In this document: one piece after another, positions 49,368 to 59,690 of the stretch
Numbering within the stretch: the first letter of the stretch is position 1
Layout of the letters: each line of letters opens with the position of its first letter
Assembly: GCA_050950785.1 (NCBI GenBank)
Contig: JBMNIG010000025.1
Span: forward strand, 31,775-95,774
Direction: 5' to 3'
Length of the DNA: 64,000 nucleotides
Source: Eubacteriales bacterium
GTDB lineage: Bacteria; Bacillota; Clostridia; Oscillospirales; JAAYOS01
Notes under the pieces: generated by a model
The model's input: the letters and a program-made list of their open reading frames with translations, nothing else
Told to the model about the DNA's origin: nothing
Database searches by the model: none
Translations under genes and position numbers: made by a program

Positions 49368-50309
49368 ATGTCTTTCTTTGATAAAATAAAAAAAGGACTC
49401 ACAAAAACTAGGCAGGCGGTTACCGGACAACTCGAACAGATATTCAGTGATTTCCGAAGAGCCGACGAATCTTTCTTTGAAGAGTTAGAGGAGACTCTAA
49501 TATTAGGCGATATCGGTGTTGGTACTTCCCTTGAAGCTGTAAAAAGGCTTAGAGAAGTGACAAAGCAGAAAAAGCTCAATGATCCTTCCGATATCAAGGC
49601 GGCACTTGAAGATATTTTGACCGAGATTCTTTTGAATGATGGTAATAAGGACGAAGACATATTCAACATAGATATACAACGCAGGTCGGAAGAAAATCAA
49701 ATCAAAGTCGTACTTGTTATAGGCGTAAACGGAGTTGGAAAAACTACTACAATCGGTAAGTTGGCTGCTAAATTAACAGAACAAGGCAATAAGGTCCTCC
49801 TCTGTGCTGCCGATACATTCAGAGCTGCTGCTGCAGATCAGCTTGAAATATGGGCAAACCGTGCAGGCGCAGACTTGATACGTCAAAGTGAAGGGGCCAA
49901 TCCTGCCGCTGTTGTATTTGATGCCTGCGCAGCCGCAAAAGCCCGCGGTTGTGACTACCTGATATGTGATACTGCCGGGAGGCTGCACAACAAGCAGAAT
50001 CTAATGAATGAGCTGGCAAAGATCAGTCGCGTTATTGACAAGGAGTTGCCACAAGCTAAACGGGAAACGCTATTAGTGATCGATGCAACCACGGGACAAA
50101 ACGGTTTGATTCAAGCTAAACAGTTCAAAGATATAGTTGACGTAACTGGTATCGTTCTGACTAAGCTGGACGGCACTGCAAAAGGCGGCATAGTTATAGC
50201 TATAGCAGACGAACTTGGTATTCCGGTTCGCTATGTGGGAGTCGGAGAAAGCGTTGATGATTTGATGCCATTCGATGCACGTGAATTTGTTCATGCACTG
50301 CTTGCGTGA
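49368..50309 (+). CDS. ftsY: Signal recognition particle receptor FtsY
   Basis: 313 aa. NG domain with GVNGVGKTTTIGKLA, DTAGRL and TKLDGTAKGG. Confidence 0.95.
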   Translation: MSFFDKIKKGLTKTRQAVTGQLEQIFSDFRRADESFFEELEETLILGDIGVGTSLEAVKRLREVTKQKKLNDPSDIKAALEDILTEILLNDGNKDEDIFNIDIQRRSEENQIKVVLVIGVNGVGKTTTIGKLAAKLTEQGNKVLLCAADTFRAAAADQLEIWANRAGADLIRQSEGANPAAVVFDACAAAKARGCDYLICDTAGRLHNKQNLMNELAKISRVIDKELPQAKRETLLVIDATTGQNGLIQAKQFKDIVDVTGIVLTKLDGTAKGGIVIAIADELGIPVRYVGVGESVDDLMPFDAREFVHALLA

Positions 50310-50335
50310 ATGGAGTGTAAAAGGAAGTAAGTTTG

Positions 50336-50929
50336 ATGAAAATGGTAGCTGCTACAAATAATAAAGGCAAGCTCAATGAGTTGGTTTCTATACTTTCAAA
50401 GCTGGGTATCGAAGTGATAAGCCTTGAAGAGTCGGGCTATTATGAGGAAATCGAAGAAAACGGCAAGACTTTTGAGGAAAACGCGCTTATCAAGGCAGAG
50501 GCTGTAATGCGGGTAACCGGTCTTGCGGCAATCGGAGACGATTCCGGTCTTGAGATAGACGCATTGAACGGCGAGCCCGGGATATATTCTGCACGGTATG
50601 CCAAACCCGGCCTGCGGAAGAAAACCGTATTGGACAAGCTGCGCGGTGTACCGGAAGAAAAACGCACTGCTCGCTTTGTTTGTGCAATAGCATGTGTTTT
50701 GACTAACGGTGAGAAAATTATAACAAGGGGCATATGCGAGGGGAAAATACTCAACGAATGCCGCGGGGAAGGCGGATTTGGCTACGATCCTATTTTTTAT
50801 GTGCCGGAGTATCGTCAGACCTTTGCGGAAATGCCTACGGAACTTAAAAATCGGATATCCCACAGGGCGAGAGCGATCCAGCTCATGGCTGAAAAACTGA
50901 AAGGAAGACTAAAAGATGCTGTCATCTAA
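50336..50929 (+). CDS. rdgB: Non-canonical purine NTP pyrophosphatase (RdgB/HAM1 family)
   Basis: About 197 aa with ATNNKGKLNE, the DDSGLEIDALNGEPGIYSARY motif, GFGYDPIF and ISHRARA. Confidence 0.9.
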   Translation: MKMVAATNNKGKLNELVSILSKLGIEVISLEESGYYEEIEENGKTFEENALIKAEAVMRVTGLAAIGDDSGLEIDALNGEPGIYSARYAKPGLRKKTVLDKLRGVPEEKRTARFVCAIACVLTNGEKIITRGICEGKILNECRGEGGFGYDPIFYVPEYRQTFAEMPTELKNRISHRARAIQLMAEKLKGRLKDAVI

Positions 50930-51224
50930 AGATCGTGCAAAGCTTCGTGCTATGGCAAACAAAATTGATACAATCGTTATAATAGGAAAAGGCGGCATTA
51001 CTGAAAATATCGTAAAACAGGCTGACGACGCGCTAAAAGCCCGCCAGCTTATAAAGTGCAGGGTGCTTGAAACTGCGTTTATGTCCACAAGGGAAGCAAG
51101 CGACGAGCTGGCTGGGTTGACGGGAAGCGAGCCCGTCCAAGTAATTGGCAGCCGATTTGTTTTATATAGACCGGATCCTGAAAATCCACTTCTAAGCACC
51201 GGCATAGCTGTAAAAGGAAAATAA
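50916..51224 (+). CDS. yhbY: YhbY/CRS1-family RNA-binding protein
   Basis: 102 aa with LSSKDRAKLRAMANKIDTIVIIGKGGITENI. Its position upstream of nadD matches the Bacillus yqeI-nadD arrangement. Confidence 0.85.
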   Translation: MLSSKDRAKLRAMANKIDTIVIIGKGGITENIVKQADDALKARQLIKCRVLETAFMSTREASDELAGLTGSEPVQVIGSRFVLYRPDPENPLLSTGIAVKGK

Positions 51225-51289
51225 CTACGCAGCTTTAGAGTGACTGCGCATTGTTGTCTGCACTATAAGCGGAAGGCTTGATTTAACAC

Positions 51290-52552
51290 ATGAATAATGA
51301 AAAAAGACGTATCGGAATATTTGGAGGGTCATTTAATCCCCCACATAACGGTCATATTGCAGTAGCGGAGTCTGCTATCAAACGTTTGAAGCTGGACACA
51401 CTGCTCGTTATCCCAACAGGGATCCCCCCTCATAAGAACCTTGCAAAAGGTTCACCTTCATCTGTCGACAGATATAAAATGACTGAGCTTGCATTCAGCG
51501 AAATGGGAAATGTTGAAGTGCTGGACATTGAGCTCAGACGTAGCGGTCGCAGTTACACTGCGGATACTCTTAAAGAAATCATCAGATCGTATCCTCGATC
51601 GGATATTTTCCTGATCATGGGCGCAGACATGTTTCTGACCATTCAGGACTGGTATAAGCCGGAAGACATATTTGCCAATTGCACGGTCTGTGCCCTGTGC
51701 AGAGAAAGTGGGCAGTCAAAAAAGTTATTGGACCACAAGGATTACCTTGCGAAAAGGTTTGGTGCTGATTGCTTGATTCTCGACAATGAAGAGGTTGTAG
51801 TCTCATCGACTGAGGTTAGAAAAGCAATTAGGGAGAAGGGCAACACTGATTTGATTCCAAGTAAGGTAATGGAATATATTCGCGCAAATAAATTTTACAT
51901 CAGTAATAAATGTATTGGTTCTAAGAATTCAGACTTAAACACAAATTTTTGCCAAAATGATATGGGCGAAATAGGCCAATCAAAGCAATCGAATATATAC
52001 CACAGGGCAATGTCTTTTATCGATCCCGAGCGCAGGCCCCATGTAGATGGTTGCATCAATGAGGCAATCAGCTTATCGAATCATTGGGGAGAGGATTCGT
52101 CTAGAGCGGCAACTGCTGCCCTTCTTCACGATGTGACAAAATCACTGAGTCGCGAAGAGCAATTGAAACTATGTGAAAAGTATGGTATAATACCCCGAAC
52201 AGCGGACATTGCGGCTTTTGGGCCTCTGCATGCCATCACCGGAGCCGCAGTTGCACGGGATGAATTCGGCGCAGACAGTGCAATAGAGTCCGCTATTCGA
52301 TACCACACAACCGGCAGGGCAAAAATGACAAGGCTGGAAATAATAATATACCTTGCGGATTACATAGAACCGACTCGAAATTTTCCAGGAGTCCATCAGG
52401 TCAGGGATCTGGCCTACGACAATCTGGAACTGGCAATGTTGACTGCGTTGAGGAACACAATTGAAGAGATTTGCTCTAAAGGCAAACCCATTTCCCCGGA
52501 TACGATAGAAGCGTATAATTACTTTCTTATGAAGTCGTCAGACTCACGCTGA
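51290..52552 (+). CDS. nadD: Fusion protein: nicotinate-nucleotide adenylyltransferase NadD plus a YqeK-type HD-domain phosphohydrolase
   Basis: N-terminal GIFGGSFNPPHNGHI (the NadD HxGH motif) through residue about 205, then a linker of about 30 aa, then an HD domain (ALLHDVTKS .. RYHTTG .. IIYLADYIEPTR). Confidence 0.85.
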   Translation: MNNEKRRIGIFGGSFNPPHNGHIAVAESAIKRLKLDTLLVIPTGIPPHKNLAKGSPSSVDRYKMTELAFSEMGNVEVLDIELRRSGRSYTADTLKEIIRSYPRSDIFLIMGADMFLTIQDWYKPEDIFANCTVCALCRESGQSKKLLDHKDYLAKRFGADCLILDNEEVVVSSTEVRKAIREKGNTDLIPSKVMEYIRANKFYISNKCIGSKNSDLNTNFCQNDMGEIGQSKQSNIYHRAMSFIDPERRPHVDGCINEAISLSNHWGEDSSRAATAALLHDVTKSLSREEQLKLCEKYGIIPRTADIAAFGPLHAITGAAVARDEFGADSAIESAIRYHTTGRAKMTRLEIIIYLADYIEPTRNFPGVHQVRDLAYDNLELAMLTALRNTIEEICSKGKPISPDTIEAYNYFLMKSSDSR

Positions 52553-52648
52553 AATACAGTTGGTTGGAACGAATCCCTGGGTATTGAAGTCCGAATAATA
52601 AAGTATATGATTCGGACATTTATAGAAAAAGATGGGAATGGATAAGTA

Positions 52649-53830
52649 ATGCATGCAAATAAATCCGGGAAATCAGTCGTAAACGGCAGAAGGGCGGACG
52701 GGTCGGTTCGAATAGGAAATAGGAAAATCAGCGATAAAACCCCGAAGAAAGGTAGAGCTACATCAAAGACTACACCCAACGGGAACAAAGTGCCAAAGAA
52801 GGCACGGAATAAGGGACGGCGTGTAGCATTTGTTATCGTTTTTTGGGCAATCATAATACTTACGGCTTTTATTTATGTATCATATAAGCTCACCGTAAAA
52901 CCTCCGGAGATAACACCGGATGAGTATTTGCCAACTCCAAGTGCTCATATTGGAGACGATGAATCAGAAAACAATAATTCTACTCCTAAGCCTGACAATA
53001 CAACTAAGCCCGATAATAGCAAGCCCAGGTTAGAACGCAAGAAGGATTTTTATACTTTTTTGATCATCGGAACAGACAAAGTTGGTGCCAATACAGATGT
53101 GCTGATGGTTGCATCATTTGACGCTGCAAACAAACAGGCACATGTTATAAATATTCCTAGAGACACAATTGTAAATGTATCGAGAAAGGTCAAAAAAATA
53201 AATGCTGCTTATGCCAACGGCGGAATTGACAACCTCAAAGAGGAGATCTCAACATTGATCGGATTCAAACCGGACTTCTACATGTTGGTTGACTTAAAAG
53301 GATTTGTCAATCTTGTTGACGCAGTTGGTGGAGTTGAATTTTACGTTCCTATTGACATGGATTACGATGACCCAAGCCAAAACCTAAGCATACACTACAA
53401 AAAGGGCCTTCAACCACTTGATGGTAAGTCGGCCTTAGAGGTGGTTCGTTTTCGCCACAATAACGACGGTTCCGGTTATCCCCGCGAGGATTTGGATAGA
53501 ATCCAGACAACCCAGAAGCTTTTAGCCGCAATAGCCAAGAAAATGGTGAACTTGAAGACTTTGCTCAAAATAAATGAGCTTGTCGATATTGCAGTAGACA
53601 ACTTGAAAACAGATCTTCAAACCGGTGAAATGCTTTGGTTTGCAAAAGAGGCTCTTGGAATAGATACAGAGACCGGTCTGCATTTTTACACATTTGCCGA
53701 GCAAAGCTGTATGTACAAGGGACTATCCTATGTATACGCTGAAGAGGAAGAAGCTCTTGCTTTAATAAACTCTTCAATCAACCCATATACTACCGATATT
53801 ACCGATCTGGATTTGATAAAGCCCAATTAA
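52649..53830 (+). CDS. LytR-CpsA-Psr (LCP) family cell-envelope phosphotransferase
   Basis: Basic cytoplasmic N-terminus, one TM, and an LCP domain (FLIIGTDKVGANTDVLMVASFD .. INIPRDT .. VRFRH). Confidence 0.85.
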   Translation: MHANKSGKSVVNGRRADGSVRIGNRKISDKTPKKGRATSKTTPNGNKVPKKARNKGRRVAFVIVFWAIIILTAFIYVSYKLTVKPPEITPDEYLPTPSAHIGDDESENNNSTPKPDNTTKPDNSKPRLERKKDFYTFLIIGTDKVGANTDVLMVASFDAANKQAHVINIPRDTIVNVSRKVKKINAAYANGGIDNLKEEISTLIGFKPDFYMLVDLKGFVNLVDAVGGVEFYVPIDMDYDDPSQNLSIHYKKGLQPLDGKSALEVVRFRHNNDGSGYPREDLDRIQTTQKLLAAIAKKMVNLKTLLKINELVDIAVDNLKTDLQTGEMLWFAKEALGIDTETGLHFYTFAEQSCMYKGLSYVYAEEEEALALINSSINPYTTDITDLDLIKPN

Positions 53831-53858
53831 TATTGTTTAAGATGGAGGTAATGCATTG

Positions 53859-54230
53859 ATGATGCAGTCCAGGGAACTAGCAAAGAATATTGCGCAGCTG
53901 CTGGACAACAAGAAGGGTCTCGACATTGAGGTAATGAAAATCGATGAACTGACAATTATTGCTGATTACTTTGTGTTGTGCACCGGTACTTCGATCACTC
54001 ATTTGCGCGCTTTGGCTGACGAGGTGGAGCAAAAGCTCAAGGAGAGTCAATCACAATTACCGCTCAAAGTCGAAGGCTATGATACGGGCGGCTGGATCCT
54101 AATGGATTACGGCTCAGTTATCGTTCACCTGTTTACCGACGAGACGAGAAAATACTACTCACTTGAAAGATTGTGGTCGGATGCACCCCGGGTAGCAGTA
54201 GGTGACGATAAAAAGCCTGAAGATATTTAA
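53859..54230 (+). CDS. rsfS: Ribosome silencing factor RsfS
   Basis: About 123 aa with ADYFVLCTGTS, WILMDYGSVIVHLF and YYSLERLW motifs. Confidence 0.9.
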   Translation: MMQSRELAKNIAQLLDNKKGLDIEVMKIDELTIIADYFVLCTGTSITHLRALADEVEQKLKESQSQLPLKVEGYDTGGWILMDYGSVIVHLFTDETRKYYSLERLWSDAPRVAVGDDKKPEDI

Positions 54231-54299
54231 TATACTCGAACAACCTAAACCAACTAACCTTAGATTTAGATTTTGATGTATAGATAAGAAGGTATCTCA

Positions 54300-56702
54300 A
54301 TGAAATATGATTATCTGAAAATCGAAAAAAAGTGGCAACAGAAGTGGGATGAAGAAGCGATATACCGATCTGAAAATGACAGCGACAGACCAAAGTTCTA
54401 TGCCCTGGTCGAATTCCCCTATCCTTCAGGGGATGGTCTACATGTGGGACACGCAAGACCATATACCGCCATGGATATCGTTGCCCGAAAGCGCCGCAGG
54501 GAGGGGTATAATGTCCTGTTCCCGATTGGGTGGGACGCCTTTGGCCTGCCTACAGAAAACTATGCCATAAAGAACAAGATCCATCCCGCAGAAGTGACCA
54601 GAAGAAATGTTGAAAGGTTCAAGGATCAGTGTAAGCTCCTTGGTTATTCCTTTGATTGGGATAGAGAGATCAACACCACAGATCCTGAGTATTACAAATG
54701 GACTCAGTGGATCTTTTTGCAGCTATTTAAGCACGGATTGGCTTATAAGGCTGAGATGCCTGTAAACTGGTGCACTTCGTGTAAATGTGTCCTGGCAAAT
54801 GAAGAAGTTGTAGACGGTGCCTGCGAACGCTGCGGAGCTGATGTAGTCCATCGTGAAAAGAGCCAATGGATGCTCAAGATCACAGATTATGCCCAGAAGC
54901 TGCTTGACGGTTTGGATGATGTAAACTATCCTGAGCGCGTAAAGGCGCAGCAGAGAAACTGGATCGGTCGTTCTGAGGGTGCGGAAGTCGATTTCAAAAC
55001 CGATGCAGGGGACATAATCAAAGTATTTACAACTCGTCCTGACACACTGTTTGGTGCAACTTATATGGTACTCTCTCCCGAGCATCCCCTTTTAGATAAG
55101 TGGACAGATAAGTTGACAAACCTGGACCAAGTCAGGCAATACGCTGAGCAAGCTGCGCTCAAATCGGAATTTGAACGTTCGGAACTTAATAAAGATAAGA
55201 CCGGGGTACGTCTTGAAGGTGTTATGGCGATAAACCCTGTTAATGGCAAATCAATACCGATATTTATATCTGATTATGTTCTGATGACATACGGTACCGG
55301 TGCTATCATGGCCGTTCCTGGGCATGATACCCGTGACTGGGAATTTGCTAAGAAATTTGATTTGCAGATCATAGAAGTTGTCGCAGGCGGGGATGTAACT
55401 AAGCAGCCTTATATAGACACAGAAACAGGTGTAATGGTCAATTCGGGCTTCTTGGATGGCATGGAGGTATCCCAAGCAAAGAAGGCGATAACTGAATGGC
55501 TTTCCGAACAAGGTCTGGGTACTCCCAAAATAAATTATAAGCTCAGAGACTGGGTGTTTTCACGCCAGCGCTACTGGGGCGAACCAATTCCAATAATAAA
55601 CTGTCCTAGCTGCGGACATGTGCCTCTTAAAGAAAGTGAATTGCCGCTTGTGCTCCCTGACGTGGAAAGCTACGAACCAACAGACTCAGGAGAAAGCCCC
55701 ATTTCAAAAATTCGTGATTGGGTAGAAGTAAAATGCCCTGTCTGCGGTGGCGATGCTGAAAGAGAAACAGATACAATGCCTCAGTGGGCAGGCTCAAGCT
55801 GGTATTTCTTGAGGTATACCGACCCATGCAACAGCAGCAAGCTCGCTTCACAAGAAGCTATGAAATACTGGACACCGGTAGACTGGTATAACGGTGGAAT
55901 GGAACATACTACATTACATCTACTCTATTCACGTTTTTGGCATCGCTTCCTTTTTGACATAGGTGTTGTACCGACTAAGGAGCCATATCTTAAACGCACA
56001 AGCCATGGAATGATCCTTGGCGATGGCGGTGAAAAGATGTCAAAATCACGTGGCAATGTCATAAACCCAAATGATATCGTAGCAGAGTATGGCGCTGATA
56101 CGATGCGTCTCTATATAATGTTCATAGGTGATTTTGAAAAGGCTGCGACCTGGTCATCAACAGCGGTAAAAGGCTGCAAACGCTTTCTTGACAGGGTATG
56201 GAATCTAATAGACACCGTATCACCGTCAACCGATGTATCACCTAAAAATGAAACTGCAATACACAAGACCATCAAGAAAGTGACGGGTGACATTGAGGAA
56301 CTTAAATTTAATACAGCGATTGCTGCATTAATGTCACTGCTCAATACTTTCCAAGAGAATGGAGCGACGAAGGGCGATCTTTTAGTCTTTTTGCATCTAC
56401 TCAATCCCTTTGCCCCACACATTACTGAAGAACTGTGGCAGATGCTTGGAAATGAGACCATGCTCTCAAATGCCCCATGGCCGTCCTATGACGAAAGTAA
56501 GACAAAGGATGAGCGTATCACCTTTGCAATCCAGGTAAATGGTAAGCTACGCTCCACAGTGGAACTGGATGCCGACAGCACCGATGATGAAATCATTGAA
56601 GCTGCAAAGAATGATGAAAAAGTTCGAAGGTTCACCGAGGGCAAGGAAATTGTCAAAACCATTCTCGTTAAAGGTAAGCTTGTAAATTTGATAGTCAAGT
56701 AA
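54300..56702 (+). CDS. leuS: Leucyl-tRNA synthetase
   Basis: 800 aa with the HVGH (HIGH-type) motif at [16 protein letters not shown] and KMSKS at [10 protein letters not shown]. Confidence 0.96.
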   Translation: MKYDYLKIEKKWQQKWDEEAIYRSENDSDRPKFYALVEFPYPSGDGLHVGHARPYTAMDIVARKRRREGYNVLFPIGWDAFGLPTENYAIKNKIHPAEVTRRNVERFKDQCKLLGYSFDWDREINTTDPEYYKWTQWIFLQLFKHGLAYKAEMPVNWCTSCKCVLANEEVVDGACERCGADVVHREKSQWMLKITDYAQKLLDGLDDVNYPERVKAQQRNWIGRSEGAEVDFKTDAGDIIKVFTTRPDTLFGATYMVLSPEHPLLDKWTDKLTNLDQVRQYAEQAALKSEFERSELNKDKTGVRLEGVMAINPVNGKSIPIFISDYVLMTYGTGAIMAVPGHDTRDWEFAKKFDLQIIEVVAGGDVTKQPYIDTETGVMVNSGFLDGMEVSQAKKAITEWLSEQGLGTPKINYKLRDWVFSRQRYWGEPIPIINCPSCGHVPLKESELPLVLPDVESYEPTDSGESPISKIRDWVEVKCPVCGGDAERETDTMPQWAGSSWYFLRYTDPCNSSKLASQEAMKYWTPVDWYNGGMEHTTLHLLYSRFWHRFLFDIGVVPTKEPYLKRTSHGMILGDGGEKMSKSRGNVINPNDIVAEYGADTMRLYIMFIGDFEKAATWSSTAVKGCKRFLDRVWNLIDTVSPSTDVSPKNETAIHKTIKKVTGDIEELKFNTAIAALMSLLNTFQENGATKGDLLVFLHLLNPFAPHITEELWQMLGNETMLSNAPWPSYDESKTKDERITFAIQVNGKLRSTVELDADSTDDEIIEAAKNDEKVRRFTEGKEIVKTILVKGKLVNLIVK

Positions 56703-56708
56703 ATTTTC

Positions 56709-56737
56709 TTGACATTCAAATATGCCAATAGTATAAT
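56709..56737 (+). promoter_or_regulatory. Consensus sigma-A promoter for rpsU
   Basis: TTGACA (56709-56714), exact 17-nt spacer, TATAAT (56732-56737). Confidence 0.7.
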
Positions 56738-56776
56738 TAATGTTACCATTTCGTACTCGGAGGGAGGGAAAATTAA

Positions 56777-56959
56777 ATGGCGGAAGTCCATGTGAAGGAA
56801 AATGAGTCCCTTGACAGTGCCTTGAAGCGTTTTAAACGTAGTTGCGCAAAGGCCGGCGTTCTTTCCGAGATTCGAAAGAGGGAGCACTATGAGAGCCCAA
56901 GCGTAAAGAGACGCAAGAAGTCAGAGGCTGCCAGAGCTAAAAAGAGAAAGTTTAGGTAG
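56777..56959 (+). CDS. rpsU: 30S ribosomal protein S21
   Basis: 60 aa, [39 protein letters not shown].. Confidence 0.95.
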   Translation: MAEVHVKENESLDSALKRFKRSCAKAGVLSEIRKREHYESPSVKRRKKSEAARAKKRKFR

Positions 56960-56966
56960 TATTCAT

Positions 56967-56997
56967 AGAGGCTACGCCACAAGCGTAGCCTCTTTTG
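56967..56997 (+). terminator. Intrinsic terminator after rpsU
   Basis: AGAGGCTACGC-CACAA-GCGTAGCCTCT followed by TTTG. Confidence 0.8.
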
Positions 56998-57068
56998 AAT
57001 ATCAGGGGCAGCACAAGCCTAGTACATTAATTTTTCCATAGTACTAATAAAGTTTGAAACATCGTTTG

Positions 57069-57857
57069 CTAGTTGTTTGCTATCTCATGCAATTGATTGA
57101 TGCAGTTATGCGCATCGTCATATAGCACAAATGCTTCTTTGAATCCAGCCTGCCTTGCGGCTCCGAGTTTTTTGAGCATACTTCTTTCATCGTCGAACAA
57201 GACAAAATGGCTTTGTCTATCATCATCACGATATGTAAAGTAATAGGAACACAGTTCATGTGAGTAGTAGGAAATAGAATTATACTTTCGTAGCAGTTCA
57301 GCAATCCTCGCCCTTGGTATTTTGTCCTTTTCCCCGGATGGAGACGGCATAATAAAGTCAATGCAGACAGGATCATAAAACAGTGCGACCCGATCGCAAC
57401 TATATTGTTCAACAGCGCGGTTTAGATGATTTGAAAAAGAGCCGCCGGTGACATCGGTAGCAATGAGGACTTTAGATTTTGGTGCAGACTGTGCATACAT
57501 CTCATGAACATATAACTCAATACCAAGTTGATTAAAATAATCGTCGGCTTCGAATAGAAACCTTTTTAGCATTTCGTTATCACCATTTTCGAAGTCGCAC
57601 ACTATTCCACTGTAGTTGCGTATATCACATTCTCGCTTCAGATCCCTTATCAGTACAGAGGAATAGACCTCCGAGCGGTCAAGGCCATAGTCTGAAAGCA
57701 GCATCAAACCATTTCTGACATTGATCCCAATTCCACTACGGTATAAGCGAAACTCACGACCTATTCGATATGCCATATGGCAGAGAGGAAACCCCGCTTG
57801 TGATGCCTGAGATGTCTCCGCTGGCGATATGCAAAGATAGACCTTTAATATTTCCAT
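57069..57857 (-). CDS. Hypothetical protein, possibly a degenerate GH18-like TIM-barrel fold
   Basis: 262 aa. GIVCDFENGD resembles the GH18 DGxDxDxE strand, and the C-terminal DDERSMLKKLGAARQAGFKEAFVL resembles the GH18 tail. This is a weak assignment from memory only. Confidence 0.35.
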   Translation of the reverse strand: MEILKVYLCISPAETSQASQAGFPLCHMAYRIGREFRLYRSGIGINVRNGLMLLSDYGLDRSEVYSSVLIRDLKRECDIRNYSGIVCDFENGDNEMLKRFLFEADDYFNQLGIELYVHEMYAQSAPKSKVLIATDVTGGSFSNHLNRAVEQYSCDRVALFYDPVCIDFIMPSPSGEKDKIPRARIAELLRKYNSISYYSHELCSYYFTYRDDDRQSHFVLFDDERSMLKKLGAARQAGFKEAFVLYDDAHNCINQLHEIANN

Positions 57858-58067
57858 GATTACCTCCGTCCTTTTTCCCGTTCATATTACTTTTGCGCGC
57901 TTTTGCATATGCTTATATACTTGTACGTTTTTTTGTTTGCTGATATACTTATTGATATATGAAATTGTAACTGATATTTATATAATATGAGTGCCTCAGT
58001 TATATCATGACATACAATGTAATAGCAAACCCTAATTATCAAGCATTTGTGAACGGAGGATGTTTCA

Positions 58068-58616
58068 TTGTCTACCTCAGTATTTTTATCGCCTATCACT
58101 TCGTTAAAGGCACATCTTTTGCCTGACGCGGTGTTTGATAGTGTTACAGATATAAAACCCGATTGGCTTATTAAGCAGGAAATTATAGGGATAGCCCTTG
58201 ATGTAGATAACACGATCGCAAAATATTCCGAACACCTGCCGGCGCCTGAAATCGTAAATTGGATGGAGAGCTTGCGTAATGCCGGTATCCGTTCGGTGAT
58301 CGTTTCAAACAGCCGAAAGGAGAAGAGAGTGCCTGATATAAGCAGGGCACTTGGATTGCCCTATATCGTCAAAGCTGGAAAGCCCAGCAGAAAAGGGTTT
58401 CTGCGAGCTGCGGAACTACTTGACACGGAGCCAAAACATATAGCTGTTATCGGCGATCAAATTTTTACCGATGTCCTGGGCGCTAAGAGAGCAGGCTGTA
58501 AAGCATATATCGTGTATCCGCGGGGTATCAATGAGAGCCCATGGTTTTCAATAAGACGATGGATCGAAACTCCCTTTATTCGCCTTGCTACAAAATCTTT
58601 GGAAGGGGAGAGTTAA
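58068..58616 (+). CDS. yqeG: YqeG-family HAD-IIIA phosphatase
   Basis: 182 aa with LDVDNTI (the DxD motif), SNS and GDQIFTDVLGAKRAG. TTG start 8 nt after GGAGG. Confidence 0.85.
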   Translation: MSTSVFLSPITSLKAHLLPDAVFDSVTDIKPDWLIKQEIIGIALDVDNTIAKYSEHLPAPEIVNWMESLRNAGIRSVIVSNSRKEKRVPDISRALGLPYIVKAGKPSRKGFLRAAELLDTEPKHIAVIGDQIFTDVLGAKRAGCKAYIVYPRGINESPWFSIRRWIETPFIRLATKSLEGES

Positions 58617-59494
58617 TGAGGGCTTTATTCGGTCCTGCGGGAAACCCTGATATTTTTACAGAAACTGTAGGCAAGTCTTCGATCAAAATGCCGGCCTGGC
58701 TCAGCGAGATCGGTTTGGACGCATACGAATATCAGTGTGGGAATGGAGTTCGAATTGGTCAAGCTACTTCAGAGAAAATTGGAGCTGAAGCAAGTAAGCA
58801 TGGTATAGCAATTTCGCTTCACGCTCCATACTACATCAGTCTTTCAAACCCGGTATATCTAGAAAAGAATATTGATTATGTACTTCAAAGCTGCAAGGCG
58901 ATAAGGCATATGGGTGGAAAAAGAATCGTTCTTCATTCAGGCTCAACCGCCGGGAGACCAAGAAAGGTAGCATTGGAACAGTCACAGAGGACATTGAAAA
59001 CCATTATCTACGAAATGGACAATGCAGGATTTGGTGATCTGATCCTTTGCCCCGAAACAATGGGAAAGATAAATCAACTAGGCGATTTGGAAGAAGTACT
59101 TCTACTTTGTTCAATCGATGAACGCCTTGTCCCTTGTATAGATTTCGGTCATCTCTATGCCAGAAGTCTCGGTGAACTGGATGGTTACGAAAAGACAGCA
59201 GCGCTATTTGACAAAATGGAGGATGCTCTTGGCTTTGCCCGCACAGCTGTTTTTCATTCGCATTTCTCTAAGATCGAATTTTCAAAGGGGGGCGAAAAAA
59301 GACATCTCACATTCGGTCAATCGGACTACGGACCCGATTTTCGACCGATAGCCAAACTCGTTACAGAACGCTGCTATACGCCTGTTTTCATTTGCGAGTC
59401 GGCCGGAACCCAATCGATCGACGCCCTCGAGATGAAAAGAACATATATGGAAGAACTGGATCGACTTTCTGAATTTGTGGATACTGAAAACTAA
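58616..59494 (+). CDS. Xylose-isomerase-like TIM-barrel protein (endonuclease IV/Nfo-like)
   Basis: About 292 aa with MRALFGPAGNP.., LHAPYYISLSNP, IVLHSG, CPETMGK and IDFGHLYA. ATG at 58616 follows GGAAGGGGAG and overlaps the yqeG stop. Confidence 0.6.
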   Translation: MRALFGPAGNPDIFTETVGKSSIKMPAWLSEIGLDAYEYQCGNGVRIGQATSEKIGAEASKHGIAISLHAPYYISLSNPVYLEKNIDYVLQSCKAIRHMGGKRIVLHSGSTAGRPRKVALEQSQRTLKTIIYEMDNAGFGDLILCPETMGKINQLGDLEEVLLLCSIDERLVPCIDFGHLYARSLGELDGYEKTAALFDKMEDALGFARTAVFHSHFSKIEFSKGGEKRHLTFGQSDYGPDFRPIAKLVTERCYTPVFICESAGTQSIDALEMKRTYMEELDRLSEFVDTEN

Positions 59495-59690
59495 TCTTTT
59501 GAAAAAGTTAAGGGTTCATAGATTTTTTTTGTAAAAGAAAGTCCGGCGGTAATATGTCAAGTAGTTAAAACAAAGAATTTCTAATAAGTTACACCTGGAA
59601 ACGCGTTAGTTTAGTTTTTAAAGGCGCACCTATCTAAGCCCTGCGCAAAATCTATTTTAACAGGGCCTTCTTAAGGGTGGTGGCAGTGTT

